Assembly: GCA_046289115.1 (NCBI GenBank)
Contig: JBKBWH010000001.1
Span: 1-33,194 of the forward strand
Source of the DNA: Candidatus Kryptonium sp.
GTDB taxonomy: Bacteria > Bacteroidota > Ignavibacteria > Kryptoniales > Kryptoniaceae
Reading direction: 5' to 3'
DNA length: 33,194 nt
Part shown: in pieces, positions 1 to 10,025 of the stretch
How positions within the stretch are numbered: position 1 is the first letter of the stretch
Layout of the letters: every line of letters begins with the position of its first letter
Notes under the pieces: generated by a model
Databases searched by the model: none
What the model was told of the DNA's origin: nothing
What the model saw: only the letters and a program-made list of their open reading frames with translations
Made by a program: the position numbers and the translations under genes

Positions 1-1
1 G

Positions 2-409
<408 letters not shown>

Positions 410-416
410 ATTTTTT

Positions 417-441
417 AAGCGGGCAAATTTGCCCGCTTTTT
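417..441 (+). terminator. intrinsic terminator after mdh
   Basis: Perfect 22-nt palindrome AAGCGGGCAAATTTGCCCGCTT (417-438) ending in a T-run, starting 8 nt after the mdh stop. Confidence 0.8.
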
Positions 442-470
442 ATTTCAAAACTAAAATAATGGGGGTAAAC

Positions 471-1211
471 ATGGCAAGAAAAGTAATAAGCCTTTTGGTA
501 TTTCTTACTTTTATTATTTTCTGGGGTTGTAAAAAGGAGACCACACCGATTATTGAAACAATTCCATCAAATCTTTTCCCACTTAAAGTTGGCAATGTTT
601 GGTATTACTCAGGTTATGAAATTGACACCGCCGGAACTAAAATCAGTGGCACAGAATTTACTTCATCAACGACAATAGTTGGACAAATTCAGTTTCAAGG
701 TAAAAATCCATATGTTGTGATCGATTCGTTCAAATATAGCAATAGAAACATTGAGGTTGACACACTCCTTGTTTATCTTGAGGGGGGATATCTTTACGCA
801 TGGATAGATCTAACAGGGACGGTTGGAATCCCGGGTTTTGAGTATAAGCGATGGGTTCCATTTGTAAAAGCTTCTGGAAATTTAAATGAACCATACACTA
901 TTTTGAATTTAGACACAACGATCACCGTAAATTATCAAGGGCAACTTGTTCCATTGAACATAAGAATGAACATAACTGGCAATGTAAGTACCCGTGAACA
1001 AATTCAAACCCCTGCTGGCAGGTATGATTCATACAAATTTGAAGCACTTATGACAGGTTCTATAAGTGTTGGTGGAGTTATAGTTGGGAGCTCTACTTCA
1101 AAAAACTATATTTGGTTTTCCCCGGGTATTGGACCAGTTAAGCATGAAACCCCCGCAACCGCTTCTGAAAAGGGAGCAAGACGCGAACTTACGGGTTATA
1201 AAGTAAGTTAA
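471..1211 (+). CDS. uncharacterised lipoprotein (beta-rich, DUF3108-like motifs)
   Basis: Start reassigned to ATG 471, after GGGGGT at 461-466 and downstream of the terminator. Signal peptide MARKVISLLVFLTFIIFWG-C has a lipobox. Motifs include FPLKVGNVWYY, QTPAGRY and WFSPGIGPVK. Confidence 0.75.
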   Translation: MARKVISLLVFLTFIIFWGCKKETTPIIETIPSNLFPLKVGNVWYYSGYEIDTAGTKISGTEFTSSTTIVGQIQFQGKNPYVVIDSFKYSNRNIEVDTLLVYLEGGYLYAWIDLTGTVGIPGFEYKRWVPFVKASGNLNEPYTILNLDTTITVNYQGQLVPLNIRMNITGNVSTREQIQTPAGRYDSYKFEALMTGSISVGGVIVGSSTSKNYIWFSPGIGPVKHETPATASEKGARRELTGYKVS

Positions 1212-1250
1212 AAAACATCCCCCTCTTTCTTTATAAGAAAGAGGGGGCAT
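1210..1250. terminator. likely bidirectional intrinsic terminator between convergent genes
   Basis: 13-bp stem CCCCCTCTTTCTT/AAGAAAGAGGGGG (1219-1231/1235-1247) with a TAT loop. The A-run at 1210-1215 gives a U-tract for the minus-strand transcript. Confidence 0.8.
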
Positions 1251-1259
1251 TAAACTATT

Positions 1260-4016
1260 TCAGAAGCTAATCCTTGTGCCAAGCTGAATTTGCCTTGGGG
1301 CACCAGCAGTCGTCGGCTTGCCAAACAATGCTGACTTCATGTTTCCGACATATCCTCCAAAGTTAGTCCAGTTGAAAACATTAAATGCCTCAAGCATCAA
1401 AGTTAAAGTAAAGCCACGATATGAAAAGTCCTTTGACAAACGCAAATTAAAGTTCCTTTCAGCAAATACATATTTAAATATAAATCTTTGCCCAGGAACT
1501 CTACCCGCATTCCTACCTAATCCAGCTGGATAATCATTCCCAATAACTCCGTCCCCATTATCATCGGTTCCAGTAAACACAAGATAAGGTCTACCGGTTG
1601 CAAATGTTCCCCAACCACTAAGTTTAAAACCAAACGGCAACCCAACAATACCGTTAATTGAAATCCTATGCCTTTCGTCAAGCGTTGATGGAGCTTTCTT
1701 CAACATATCAGGACTTGTGTAGTACAAATAACCATAGTAAATCGTGTTATCAAATTCATCGTAAGTCCACGATAAAGTATAGGCAATGTTTAATCCAAAC
1801 GAGCCTGGTTTATATGGTTTGTCAAGTGTAAAGTAAATTGCATCATACCAAGAATTGCCTGCATCAGTCCAAACCTGAATTGGTCCATATTTGGTTGTTA
1901 AGTTGTTTTTCCAGTTGGCGTTATATGTGGTTATCTCGTTATAACCTCTGACGCCAGTATAACTTATACTTGTCACTATGTCCCCAAACCTTTGCCTTAA
2001 TCCAATGCTAAACTGGATCGTCATTGGTGGTTTTAAGTCATTAGGAATAAGGAAAATCTCGGGAGCTGGAACTCTACCCTGTGCAATTAAATTAAGAAGT
2101 TCATCGCGGCTGTAATATCTGTCATTCCAAGCGATTTTCCCTGGACCGAAATCAAGATAATAAACTTTCCAAGTATATCTCAAAATTTCATCAGAAGCGA
2201 CATTCCAAACATGCCTATCGTAGTAAATTCCAGCCCCACCAAAGATAACGGTTTTACCTTCCTTACTTATATCATACGAAAAACCAAATCTCGGTTGAAA
2301 GGCTTTTAAATATGGTTTTCTATCTTTACCAGTTGAAAAATATTTCGCAGGGAAAAATTGCTGCAAGTCTCTTCTAACCGTGTCAGGAACAGCAAAATCA
2401 TTATTTATCATGTTCGACTCATAATCCCATCTTATCCCAAGATTTAAAGTTAGATAAGGAGTCACACTCCAATCATCTTGGATATAAATTCCAACCTGTG
2501 TATTCCATTTCTCAACAGTTGGCGTACCAACACCAACCCTTGCTTGATATGGTGCGATGCTTGTATCATACCTGAAATAAAATATCGGATGAAGGTAAAG
2601 CTTTTGATTGGCTTCGTATCTTAATCTTTGAACGAAAAATCCACCTTTGATCACATGGTTGCCCGTTGTATAAGTTATATCATCGTATAATGCATATCTA
2701 TCTTGGAACCAATTCTGAGGCGCATGAGAAAAAGCACCAATATATGCACTCGGATAAATCTTACCCGGGGTTGGGAATGGTGCAATATTCGCAATTTCCC
2801 AATTATAACGCTGGAAATTAACCCTTACTTCATTCATTAAATTTGGCGAAATTATGTACTGATGCTTTAAGACATAGTTGTAAACTCTGTTGTAAAAGAG
2901 TCGCCCTCTTTCATATACAGAAAGACCACCAATACCCATATAATCCCTATCAAATCTACCGTAATAACTAAAATCAAAGAAATGGTTAACCGAAGGTTGA
3001 AATGTTAACCTTACAAGACCAACATGACCACCAAAAGGCACATGGAATGTTCCAGCATATCGCGAAAATAAAGGACCAACAACTACAGTTGCAAACTTGT
3101 CAAGAAATGTTCCCTCATATGAAGCAAAGAAGTGAAGTTTATCTCTTATAATTGGTCCACCTAAACTTACACCAGTTTGACGGCGTTTAAACCCTGGTTT
3201 CTCCGTCTCAAAAGGTCCGCGAGCATTAAGTCTTTTATCACGATATGTAAAGAAAACAGTTCCATGGAACTCATTCGTTCCGGTTTTTGATATAGCCGTT
3301 ATTACTCCTCCACCTGCCTTTGCATATTCTGCTTTGTAAAGCTGAGTTATCACCCTCGCTTCCCTAACCGCATCAAGAGGGAATGGATTACCTGAACTTA
3401 AAAATTGTCCGGCAAGACCACCTTCAACGATCTCGTTTTTATATTCCGTCCCTTCAAAGTAAAATCCAACCCATGTGGGTTGCATTGCACCACTACCAAA
3501 TGTTGCGCCAATCGGTTTAAGCCCTGGGACAAGGCTTGTAAGCTCGAGGAAGTTGCGTGTGTTAATCGGCAAAGCTTCAATTTGCTGTGGTCTTATCGGA
3601 ACCGAAAGCTCGGATTTTTTAACCTCGTAATCAAGAGCCTCAGCAGTTACGATAACCTCACCAACTTGAATCTCCTTCGGGACAAGAGTAAAGTTTACAG
3701 TAACCCTTTCACCCACAAGAAGATCAACTATTTTGGTTTGCTTACCATAAGCAACATGAAGAGCACTTATTTCATAAGTTCCCGGCGGAACAGATAAAAT
3801 ATTGTAAACGCCTGCACTTGTTGTGATAGCACCCCTGGTATACCCTGTTTCAACATTCTTTGCAATAACCTCAACATCTGGGATCGGCTTTCCTTCATTG
3901 TCAACTATTTTACCTGTAACAGAAGCGGTATAAGCGCCGCTACCTTGAGCGAAGGCTAAAGAAGTGAGAAATATTAAGCTTAGGGAGAAGATTAAAATAG
4001 TTGTAAAGTGATGCAT
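1260..4016 (-). CDS. TonB-dependent outer-membrane receptor (Oar-like, N-terminal carboxypeptidase-regulatory-like domain)
   Basis: Signal peptide, VTGKIVD...PPGTYEI N-terminal domain, plug motif LPINTRNFLEL...KTGTNEFHG, barrel motif YIQDDWSVTPYLTLNLGIRWD, and C-terminal PRQIQLGTRISF with terminal Phe. GGAGGT lies 6 nt before ATG 4016. Confidence 0.9.
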   Translation of the reverse strand: MHHFTTILIFSLSLIFLTSLAFAQGSGAYTASVTGKIVDNEGKPIPDVEVIAKNVETGYTRGAITTSAGVYNILSVPPGTYEISALHVAYGKQTKIVDLLVGERVTVNFTLVPKEIQVGEVIVTAEALDYEVKKSELSVPIRPQQIEALPINTRNFLELTSLVPGLKPIGATFGSGAMQPTWVGFYFEGTEYKNEIVEGGLAGQFLSSGNPFPLDAVREARVITQLYKAEYAKAGGGVITAISKTGTNEFHGTVFFTYRDKRLNARGPFETEKPGFKRRQTGVSLGGPIIRDKLHFFASYEGTFLDKFATVVVGPLFSRYAGTFHVPFGGHVGLVRLTFQPSVNHFFDFSYYGRFDRDYMGIGGLSVYERGRLFYNRVYNYVLKHQYIISPNLMNEVRVNFQRYNWEIANIAPFPTPGKIYPSAYIGAFSHAPQNWFQDRYALYDDITYTTGNHVIKGGFFVQRLRYEANQKLYLHPIFYFRYDTSIAPYQARVGVGTPTVEKWNTQVGIYIQDDWSVTPYLTLNLGIRWDYESNMINNDFAVPDTVRRDLQQFFPAKYFSTGKDRKPYLKAFQPRFGFSYDISKEGKTVIFGGAGIYYDRHVWNVASDEILRYTWKVYYLDFGPGKIAWNDRYYSRDELLNLIAQGRVPAPEIFLIPNDLKPPMTIQFSIGLRQRFGDIVTSISYTGVRGYNEITTYNANWKNNLTTKYGPIQVWTDAGNSWYDAIYFTLDKPYKPGSFGLNIAYTLSWTYDEFDNTIYYGYLYYTSPDMLKKAPSTLDERHRISINGIVGLPFGFKLSGWGTFATGRPYLVFTGTDDNGDGVIGNDYPAGLGRNAGRVPGQRFIFKYVFAERNFNLRLSKDFSYRGFTLTLMLEAFNVFNWTNFGGYVGNMKSALFGKPTTAGAPRQIQLGTRISF

Positions 4017-4148
4017 AGTCACACCTCCGCAAATTTATTTTTGGATGCGCTTTAATTTGTAAAATTTTTTCTATTTTGTCAAGCAAAAATTGAACAAAAA
4101 GGAGGGCGTTTAAAAAATTAATAAAAATTAATTTTTCAGAAGGGTTAG

Positions 4149-4230
<82 letters not shown>

Positions 4231-4254
4231 TTGACTGTGATAAATATAAAATTT

Positions 4255-4545
4255 TCAAAATTTAAAATCAAATTCATCAATCTTGTATGCGAGATCAAAA
4301 TCTTTTTCAGTCACCCCGCTTTCACTGTGTGTTCTTAAGGCAAGATGAACCCGATTATATTCTATCAATATATCTGGATGGTGATTCATTTTTTCGGATT
4401 CAAAGGCAACCTTTAACACAAAAGCAATTGCATCGCGAAAATTTTTAAATTTAAAATTCTTAACAATCGCATCTCTCTCAACATCATAAAGCCAGCCATT
4501 TAAACTTTTCAATCTGTCTTCTATTTCAAGCTTGCTCAACTTCAC
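4255..4545 (-). CDS. phhB: pterin-4-alpha-carbinolamine dehydratase
   Basis: 96 aa with FKFKNF, the catalytic His motif MNHHPDI, and [17 protein letters not shown]. Confidence 0.92.
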   Translation of the reverse strand: MKLSKLEIEDRLKSLNGWLYDVERDAIVKNFKFKNFRDAIAFVLKVAFESEKMNHHPDILIEYNRVHLALRTHSESGVTEKDFDLAYKIDEFDFKF

Positions 4546-4548
4546 AAT

Positions 4549-5730
4549 TCAATCCATAATTTGTTTTAGAAAAGTTGGATTGTCATTCTCTTTTTCGCTA
4601 TCATTCTCATTTTCAATCTCATCAGTTTTTTTATCTTTATTAAGTATAATGCCCCTGCGAACATAAGCCGGCACATTTAAATTTTCATCCGGTTGAATGC
4701 TTTCAGCCTTCTCATAAACTGAGGTTATTTTTTTAGATGGAGTTGGTGTTTTTTTGGGCGAATAAGTCGATGCGCTAAGACCAGTTGCTATAACAGTAAC
4801 TCTAAGTTCATCATTCATAGAAGCATCGGGAACGAAGCCATGAATCAAATTCACATCCTCACCTGTTTTTTCAGTTATAACTTTTACAGCATCTCTAATT
4901 TCGTTAAATGAGATCTCCTTCGCGACAAAATTAACCAAAACACCTTTCGCCCCAACTATCGATAGCCCCTCAATAAGTGGATTTGATATCGCTTTTTGGG
5001 TTGCCTCAACAGCCCTATGTTCACCCCGCGCAACACCAGTCCCAAGAACAGCATCGCCCATATCTCGCATAATTGTTCTAACATCATTGAAATCAACATT
5101 AATAACACCTGGCTTCGTTATTATATCAGTGATGCCACGAGTAGCATTGTAAAGAACTTCATTCCCAAATTCAATTGCGGAAAGGATATCGCTATCCCCT
5201 AAAAGATTAAGCAATTTCTGATTGCTTATAACAATAAGCGTGTCAACAACTTCCCTCAGGTTCTTTAGACCTTCCTCCGCCGTCTTCATCCGAAGAGAAC
5301 CCTCATAACCAAACGGTGTATAAACTATGGCGATAACAAGTGCACCTAACTTTTTAGCTATACTACCAACCACAGGAGCTCCACCTGTCCCAGTTCCTTT
5401 CCCCATTCCTGCAGTGATAAAGACAAGGTCACTACCCTGTAAAAATTTTTCAATCTCTCCCTGAATTTCTTCAACTGCTTTTTGTCCAATTTCAGGTCTT
5501 GCGCCAGCACCAAGTCCTTTTGTTAAATTTTTCCCTGCTTGAATTTTAATCGGGGCCTTGCATTGGGATAGGGATTGTAAATCGGTGTTTATTCCTATAA
5601 GATCAACCCCAGTAATTCCTTTTTTAACTAAAGTGTTAATAGCATTGCATCCACATCCTCCGATGCCGACAACCTTTATCTTAGCACCGAGATTTGATGA
5701 TTGCTCTGATTCATCAGCTAAAATCATCAT
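4549..5730 (-). CDS. ftsZ: cell division GTPase FtsZ
   Basis: [31 protein letters not shown] tubulin-signature variant, PFGYEG, NVDFNDV T7 loop and [15 protein letters not shown] precedes ATG 5730. Confidence 0.97.
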   Translation of the reverse strand: MMILADESEQSSNLGAKIKVVGIGGCGCNAINTLVKKGITGVDLIGINTDLQSLSQCKAPIKIQAGKNLTKGLGAGARPEIGQKAVEEIQGEIEKFLQGSDLVFITAGMGKGTGTGGAPVVGSIAKKLGALVIAIVYTPFGYEGSLRMKTAEEGLKNLREVVDTLIVISNQKLLNLLGDSDILSAIEFGNEVLYNATRGITDIITKPGVINVDFNDVRTIMRDMGDAVLGTGVARGEHRAVEATQKAISNPLIEGLSIVGAKGVLVNFVAKEISFNEIRDAVKVITEKTGEDVNLIHGFVPDASMNDELRVTVIATGLSASTYSPKKTPTPSKKITSVYEKAESIQPDENLNVPAYVRRGIILNKDKKTDEIENENDSEKENDNPTFLKQIMD

Positions 5731-5751
5731 AATAGCCTCCAAATTTATTTT

Positions 5752-6981
5752 TTAACTAAAGATCCCTCTAAAGAATTCTTTTAACCTAACCATTAAATTT
5801 TTAACACTGCCCGATTTACCTGTCTCGCCTTTCTTAATACTTTCAGCTCTATACAAAACTAAACCTGCAACGGTTGAATAGATCGGATTCTGAACCTCAT
5901 TAACAAGTCCACCCGCAAATCCCATTGGTATCCCAATGCGCGCCGGCAGTTCAAACTTTTCACTCACAAGTTCAACTATTCCCTTCAAAAGCGCAGTGCC
6001 CCCGGTTAAAACAATTCCAGCAGGTATGTTTCTTCTGGTAAAGCCTTGATTTTTAAGATGATTGATGTAAAGATTCTCAAATATCTCCTCAACCCTCGGC
6101 TGAATCACCCGGCAAAGCATGCTTCTGGTAATTTCAAATGGCTCACGACCTCCGATTCCGTGAACTATAATGCTTTTATCCTCCGTAATTGCATCTATAT
6201 AAGCATATCCCTCGGTTATTTTCAATCTCTCAGCAAGCTCTCTCTGGACTCCAAACGCTTTTCTTATATCTTTGGTTATCTGTTCCCCAGCCATTTGTAA
6301 ACTTCCTGAGTATCTTATTATACCATCTTCAAATATCGCAACATCTGTAGTACCCGCACCTATGTCAATTAAAGCAACCCCTATCTCCATCTCTTCAGGT
6401 TCAAGCACGGAATACGCTGAAGCAAGTGGCTGAAAAACAAATTCTTCAACTTCAAGTTTCGCCTTGCCAACGGTCCGTCTAAAATTTTCAATCAAAGATA
6501 CTGGAGCCATAACAATATGAACTGTTGCCTCAACCCTTATCCCAACCATTCCAACAGGGTCTTTTATCCCTTCAACTCCATCTACTTTAAACTCTTGAGG
6601 CAACGTATGCAAAATAACCTTGTTAGATGGATACCTAATATTTTTGGCATCCTCTATCAAACGAGCGACATCTCCCTCTGTGATAACATGGTTTGGAGCC
6701 CGCGTTGTAACCACGCTTATACTTGAAATCCCACTTATATCTTCTCCAGCTACCCCGACAACTACCTTTCTTATCCGCTCTCCCGACTGATTTTCAACCA
6801 TGTTTATAACACTGCGTATTGCTTCAGCTGTCCTTTCAATGTTAACTATTCCACCATGAACAAGCCCATATGTCGGGCTTTTTGCAAGCCCAAGGATGTG
6901 AATCTTTCCATTTTCTTCAAGAGAAGCAACAAGTGCGCAAACTTTGCTCGTCCCTATGTCAAGTCCAACTATATATGTCAT
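5752..6981 (-). CDS. ftsA: cell division protein FtsA
   Basis: GLDIGTSKV, LIDIGAGTTD, GIVLTGGTALLKG and a C-terminal amphipathic helix; lies immediately upstream of ftsZ. Confidence 0.97.
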   Translation of the reverse strand: MTYIVGLDIGTSKVCALVASLEENGKIHILGLAKSPTYGLVHGGIVNIERTAEAIRSVINMVENQSGERIRKVVVGVAGEDISGISSISVVTTRAPNHVITEGDVARLIEDAKNIRYPSNKVILHTLPQEFKVDGVEGIKDPVGMVGIRVEATVHIVMAPVSLIENFRRTVGKAKLEVEEFVFQPLASAYSVLEPEEMEIGVALIDIGAGTTDVAIFEDGIIRYSGSLQMAGEQITKDIRKAFGVQRELAERLKITEGYAYIDAITEDKSIIVHGIGGREPFEITRSMLCRVIQPRVEEIFENLYINHLKNQGFTRRNIPAGIVLTGGTALLKGIVELVSEKFELPARIGIPMGFAGGLVNEVQNPIYSTVAGLVLYRAESIKKGETGKSGSVKNLMVRLKEFFRGIFS

Positions 6982-6984
6982 GTT

Positions 6985-7722
6985 TTACCCGTTAATTTTT
7001 TGACCAAATTTTGCATATAACTTTCCATTATAACGCAAATCAATATAACTTGGATACCCACGCGTTGGAATAACCTGCGCCCAAAACTCTCTCAACAAAA
7101 TAAGTTTTTTTTCAAACTCATCGCCACCAAGAAAAACAGTAACTGCGCCATCTGATGTCAATAAAATAAATTCGCCATCCCTAAACTTCACCTCCGAAAT
7201 CAAATCATAAACCTTTTTATCAATCGAAACTTTGATAAGTTCAAACTGTTTTCTTAATTGACCCACCGTATCTAAATTAACATTAATAGGCTTATAACTA
7301 ACCCCACTTAAAAGGGGCACTGCAAATATCTTATTAATCTCATCAAAAGAGATAACAACACCATCGGAATCAATGTAATAAATCTTACCTTGATGCGCTA
7401 ACATGGCTATTGGTTCTCTTTCAACAACCTCTATGAAGAGAACATCGGGCAAATTTATATAAACTTCGGCATATTTTATAAACCCATGTCTTTCAACATT
7501 TGCTCTCACCCTTGACAAATCAATATCTGTGAGTTTAATGCCCGGCTTGACGCCAGCAAGCTCAATTATTTTTTCGTTCGATATCGCATCATTCCCCTTA
7601 ACAATTATTTTATTCAAAACCCTATTTTCATGCCAGCTCATAGCGCCGAAGATCAACACAATAAAAAATCCACTAAAAACTGCAAACATCCATATTTTTA
7701 TTTCTCTCTCAGCTAATCTCAT
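6985..7722 (-). CDS. ftsQ: cell division protein FtsQ (POTRA domain)
   Basis: Single TM segment, POTRA (IIVKGN...VVEREPIA) and C-terminal YIDLRY. Start placed at ATG 7722, just after the murB stop. Confidence 0.88.
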   Translation of the reverse strand: MRLAEREIKIWMFAVFSGFFIVLIFGAMSWHENRVLNKIIVKGNDAISNEKIIELAGVKPGIKLTDIDLSRVRANVERHGFIKYAEVYINLPDVLFIEVVEREPIAMLAHQGKIYYIDSDGVVISFDEINKIFAVPLLSGVSYKPINVNLDTVGQLRKQFELIKVSIDKKVYDLISEVKFRDGEFILLTSDGAVTVFLGGDEFEKKLILLREFWAQVIPTRGYPSYIDLRYNGKLYAKFGQKING

Positions 7723-7723
7723 A

Positions 7724-8641
7724 TCAAACCAAATCTTTAATTTCTTCCTCTTTAAAGCCAATCAATCTAATTTCAAGTTCAAGCTTGACCCCAAATTTTT
7801 CGTAAACCTTTTGCTGCGCAATCTTTATCAATTCAAGAACATCTCTTGCAGTTGCATTTCCTTTATTGATTATAAAATTCGCATGTTTTTCAGAAATCTG
7901 TGCGCCACCAATTTGAACTCCCTTTAATCCCGCTTCCTCAATCAACTTACCCGCATAGTTTCCTGGCGGATTTTTAAAAATGCTGCCAACATTTGGGAAA
8001 TTAACAGGCTGTGTTTGATTCCGCTTAATTAAAATCTCGCGCCTTATTCTTTTCATCTCCTCGACATCGCCATGCGGAAATTTAAACCTTGCTTGAACGA
8101 CAACATCTTTTGTTAAATTTGAAGTTCTATATCCAAAGCCACATTCCTCTTTCTTCAATCTAACAAGATTCAAACCCCTTATCACATCCACATCAATAAG
8201 GTGATCTGAAATTTCAGCAGAATAAGCTCCTGCGTTCATTATTATCGCTCCACCTAAGGTCCCGGGTATTCCTGCCATCATCTCAACACCTTGAAAACCA
8301 TTTTCAATACAAAAATCAACAAACTTCGCAAGCTTAATACCAGCGCCTGCAACGACATACTCCCCTTCAATTCTTATAAAGTTTAAACCAGACTCAAGAT
8401 TTATCACCGCACCTCTAAAACCTTCATCACTTATCAACACATTGCTACCATTCCCAAGGATTATAAAATCAATTCCTTGCTCCTTCAAATATTGAATTAA
8501 TCTTAACAACTCATCAACATCCCTCGGCGCGATATATATATCAGCAGGTCCACCTATCTTAAATGTCGAACACTTAGCAAGTGGTTCGTTGATCAAAATT
8601 TCTCCTTTGACTATCTCTCTTATTTCCTCAAGCTTAATCAT
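7724..8641 (-). CDS. murB: UDP-N-acetylenolpyruvoylglucosamine reductase
   Basis: TFKIGGPAD, LGNGSNVL, GIPGTLGGAIIMNAGAY, GSIFKNP, ISEKHANFIIN. Confidence 0.97.
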   Translation of the reverse strand: MIKLEEIREIVKGEILINEPLAKCSTFKIGGPADIYIAPRDVDELLRLIQYLKEQGIDFIILGNGSNVLISDEGFRGAVINLESGLNFIRIEGEYVVAGAGIKLAKFVDFCIENGFQGVEMMAGIPGTLGGAIIMNAGAYSAEISDHLIDVDVIRGLNLVRLKKEECGFGYRTSNLTKDVVVQARFKFPHGDVEEMKRIRREILIKRNQTQPVNFPNVGSIFKNPPGNYAGKLIEEAGLKGVQIGGAQISEKHANFIINKGNATARDVLELIKIAQQKVYEKFGVKLELEIRLIGFKEEEIKDLV

Positions 8642-10025
8642 CCCTAAATCTTTCCTGAAGTTTTTTTATAAAGTCACCGCAAATCTTTGTTATATCACCA
8701 GCTCCCATAAATATGACCATATCCCCAGGACTTACAAGCTTCAAAACATAATCAGGTATCTCTGTCTTATCTTGAACATAATGAACCTCCCTGTGTCCAA
8801 AACTTCTCGCTGAGCTTGCAATTAATTCTCCACTTACACCTTCAATAGGCTCTTCTCTCGCTGGATAAACATCAGTTATAACACATACATCGGCATTAAA
8901 AAACGAACGCCCAAATTCTTGATAAAAATCTCTCGTCCTTGAATAAAGATGCGGCTGAAACACAGCAATTATATGCCTCTTCCAGCTATCTTTCGCTGCT
9001 TGCAGAACCGCCTTTATCTCCGTTGGATGATGCGCATAGTCATCCACGACAATTATACCGTTTACCTCAGCTCTTATCTCAAAACGCCTATAAACTCCTC
9101 GGAATTTTTCAAGAGCATTTTTAACCTTTTCAAGTTCAATCCCAAGTTCCATCCCTACAGCGATCGCCGCAAGCGAGTTTTTAACATTATGAAGTCCCGG
9201 AACTTGCAAATTTACCCTTCCACAGTTTTTACCTTTGTAAATTAGAGTATAAGAAGAGCGTCTCTCTTTAAATTCCAATTCAATCGCTTGAACATCTGCC
9301 TGCGCATTTAATCCATAAGTTATTACTCTTTTCTTTATCCACGGCATAATGTCTTGAATCATTGGCTCATCAAGACAAAGGACAACAAAACCATAAAAAG
9401 GAACTTTGTTCGCAAAATCAACAAAAGCTGACTTTAATTCTTCAACGCTTCCATAAGAATCAAGATGTTCAGGTTCAAGCGTCGTGATGACAGCAATTGT
9501 TGGCGTGAGCTGAAGAAAAGACTTGTCAAACTCATCTGCCTCAACAACTATAAAATCTCCATGTCCAAGTCGTGCGTTCGTCCCACCAAGATCACGCAAC
9601 ACACCACCAACTACAACAGTAGGATCAAATCCACCCTCTATTAAAACAAGCCCAACCATTGATGTCGTGGTTGTCTTTCCATGTGTCCCAGCTACACCAA
9701 TTCCGTATTTTAACCTCATAAGTTCTGCAAGCATCTCAGCCCTGCGGATCACGGGGATTTTACGTCTCATCGCTTCCTGAATTTCAGGATTATCCAATTT
9801 AACAGCGGAAGAATAAACGACAACATCAACATCAGGCTCAACATGTTCAGGAGAATGACCCTCGTAAATTTTTGCCCCAAGATTTGCAAGTCGCTCAGTT
9901 ATATCGGACAACTGCCTATCTGAGCCCGTAATTTTAAAACCTTGATCAAGCAAAATTTCCGCAATTCCACTCATTCCAATTCCACCAATTCCGACGAAAT
10001 GTATTTTTCTAACTGTGCTAAACAT
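8634..10025 (-). CDS. murC: UDP-N-acetylmuramate--L-alanine ligase
   Basis: HFVGIGGIGMSGIA, AGTHGKTTTT, VEADEFD, DDYAHHPTEI, FQPHLYSRT. Confidence 0.97.
   Translation of the reverse strand: MFSTVRKIHFVGIGGIGMSGIAEILLDQGFKITGSDRQLSDITERLANLGAKIYEGHSPEHVEPDVDVVVYSSAVKLDNPEIQEAMRRKIPVIRRAEMLAELMRLKYGIGVAGTHGKTTTTSMVGLVLIEGGFDPTVVVGGVLRDLGGTNARLGHGDFIVVEADEFDKSFLQLTPTIAVITTLEPEHLDSYGSVEELKSAFVDFANKVPFYGFVVLCLDEPMIQDIMPWIKKRVITYGLNAQADVQAIELEFKERRSSYTLIYKGKNCGRVNLQVPGLHNVKNSLAAIAVGMELGIELEKVKNALEKFRGVYRRFEIRAEVNGIIVVDDYAHHPTEIKAVLQAAKDSWKRHIIAVFQPHLYSRTRDFYQEFGRSFFNADVCVITDVYPAREEPIEGVSGELIASSARSFGHREVHYVQDKTEIPDYVLKLVSPGDMVIFMGAGDITKICGDFIKKLQERFRDD

Noticed and set aside
4113-4136. AT-only inverted repeat AAAAATTAAT-N4-ATTAATTTTT downstream of the tRNA
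   Set aside because: It has no GC pairs, is too weak for a terminator, and is expected by chance in AT-rich DNA.
7723-7761. Apparent ftsQ/murB overlap
   Set aside because: ATG 7722 sits right after the murB stop and is the more plausible start.
6985-8641. Absence of ddl from the dcw cluster
   Set aside because: murC-murB-ftsQ without ddl is a common variant, and ddl is often encoded elsewhere.
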